From a virus, in IMG/VR virus record IMGVR_UViG_3300045988_088052: DNA of 32,960 nt; one strand, given 5' to 3'. The notes beneath the pieces were generated by a model, which saw only the letters and a program-made list of their open reading frames with translations, made no database searches and was not told the DNA's origin. Both the position numbers and the translations under genes were made by a program. Below, piece after piece: positions 32,453 to 32,960 of this stretch. Position 1 is the stretch's first letter, and every line of letters starts with the position of its first letter.

Positions 32453-32502
32453 TACCCGCCCTATCCCTCCCGGTGTCTACTATGCCGGGCTACCAATTAT
32501 TG

Positions 32503-32960
32503 TTACCAAACCGTGGTTATCCGCTTAGTGCCTGTCTTGTTCCCGCACAGCAGGAGCGTCTGCGGCTGCTCATGGTCGCTCTCGCTGCTGGGCAGCAGCA
32601 TCTTCCGGGCTGCGTAGCCCCCGTACTGCTGCCATGCGGTACAGCTAACCACTACCAGCTGCTTGGTACGGATAACATTGTTGTTACTGTCCACCACGAT
32701 CTTTTTGGGCTTACTGATGGTGCCTTTGTGGGTATGGCCAACAATCAGAGCGTCAATGCCCTCTATGGTGTAGCCGAAGCGCTCATTGCGGTTGACCGTT
32801 GCACCGGTGTAAATGCCGCCGCCGGAGCCATGGGTAACAGCCATCGTATAGCTGGTGATAGGGATATCTCTTGTTACCCTGCGCCCAATCTCCAGTTTGA
32901 GGAATGCTATGTCCTCGGCGTAGTAGTCCTCCATGTCCAGCTTGCACATGATATCGCCCA
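32503..32960 (-). CDS. Calcineurin-like metallophosphoesterase, C-terminal part (continues from 1..475 through the circular junction)
   Basis: ...GIDALIVGHTHKG... is the GHTH motif. The ORF runs into the 141-bp overlap in the same frame as the N-terminal part. Confidence 0.75.
   Translation of the reverse strand, partial: GDIMCKLDMEDYYAEDIAFLKLEIGRRVTRDIPITSYTMAVTHGSGGGIYTGATVNRNERFGYTIEGIDALIVGHTHKGTISKPKKIVVDSNNNVIRTKQLVVVSCTAWQQYGGYAARKMLLPSSESDHEQPQTLLLCGNKTGTKRITTVW
32820..32960. repeat. Terminal direct repeat, right copy (circularisation overlap)
   Basis: Identical to 1..141. It lies inside the phosphoesterase coding sequence. Confidence 0.95.

Larger units (their letters stand above)
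1..32960. mobile_element. Complete circular temperate phage genome (HK97-like head, siphovirus-type tail); unique unit about 32,819 bp
   Basis: A full set of integration, switch, replication, packaging, head, tail and lysis genes is present. The window ends overlap exactly by 141 bp, and one gene reads in frame through the junction. Confidence 0.9.

Overview
The window is one complete, circularly closed genome of a temperate siphovirus-type phage. The unique length is about 32,819 bp, because bases 1..141 are repeated exactly at 32820..32960. Nearly every gene has a strong GGAGG-type RBS, and many neighbours overlap by ATGA or TGATG, which suggests a Firmicutes/Clostridia-like host (inference only).

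Layout on the minus strand, read around the circle:
- Cro-like early operon (11299 down to about 863): small HTH proteins, a 312-aa protein carrying a 27-bp x ~15 tandem repeat, a recombination/replication module (Sak/Rad52-like SSAP, NinB-like, HNH-like, SSB, DnaD-like organiser, G39P-like helicase loader, RusA), many tiny Cys-rich or zinc-ribbon proteins, DUF3846, a Lar-like protein, and a sigma/ArpU-like late regulator.
- tRNA-Thr(UGU).
- A metallophosphoesterase that spans the window ends.
- Packaging and head genes: HNH, TerS, TerL, HK97-type portal, prohead protease and major capsid protein.
- Connectors, major tail protein, G/GT chaperones with a -1 frameshift, tape measure, Dit and a Tal-like protein.
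- A fibre protein, two AT-rich Kelch-like beta-propeller receptor-binding paralogs, a CBM-like protein, and the holin/amidase lysis cassette.

The plus strand carries the lysogeny module (11467..14250): a CI-like HTH, a membrane-anchored HTH, a membrane/exported protein and a tyrosine integrase. An attP follows, built on a tRNA 3' end.

Most notable observations:
1. A G9 homopolymer breaks the 5' end of one of the two receptor-binding paralogs.
2. The receptor-binding cassette is compositionally foreign and duplicated.
3. The 9-aa repeat protein varies at only two residues per repeat.
4. An uncharacterised two-gene membrane cassette sits between repressor and integrase, the usual place for a superinfection-exclusion or defence cargo.
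5. The genetic switch has face-to-face consensus-like promoters.
6. The capsid protein carries a fused cadherin/Ig-like domain.

All functional calls come from motif recognition by eye. No database search was run.
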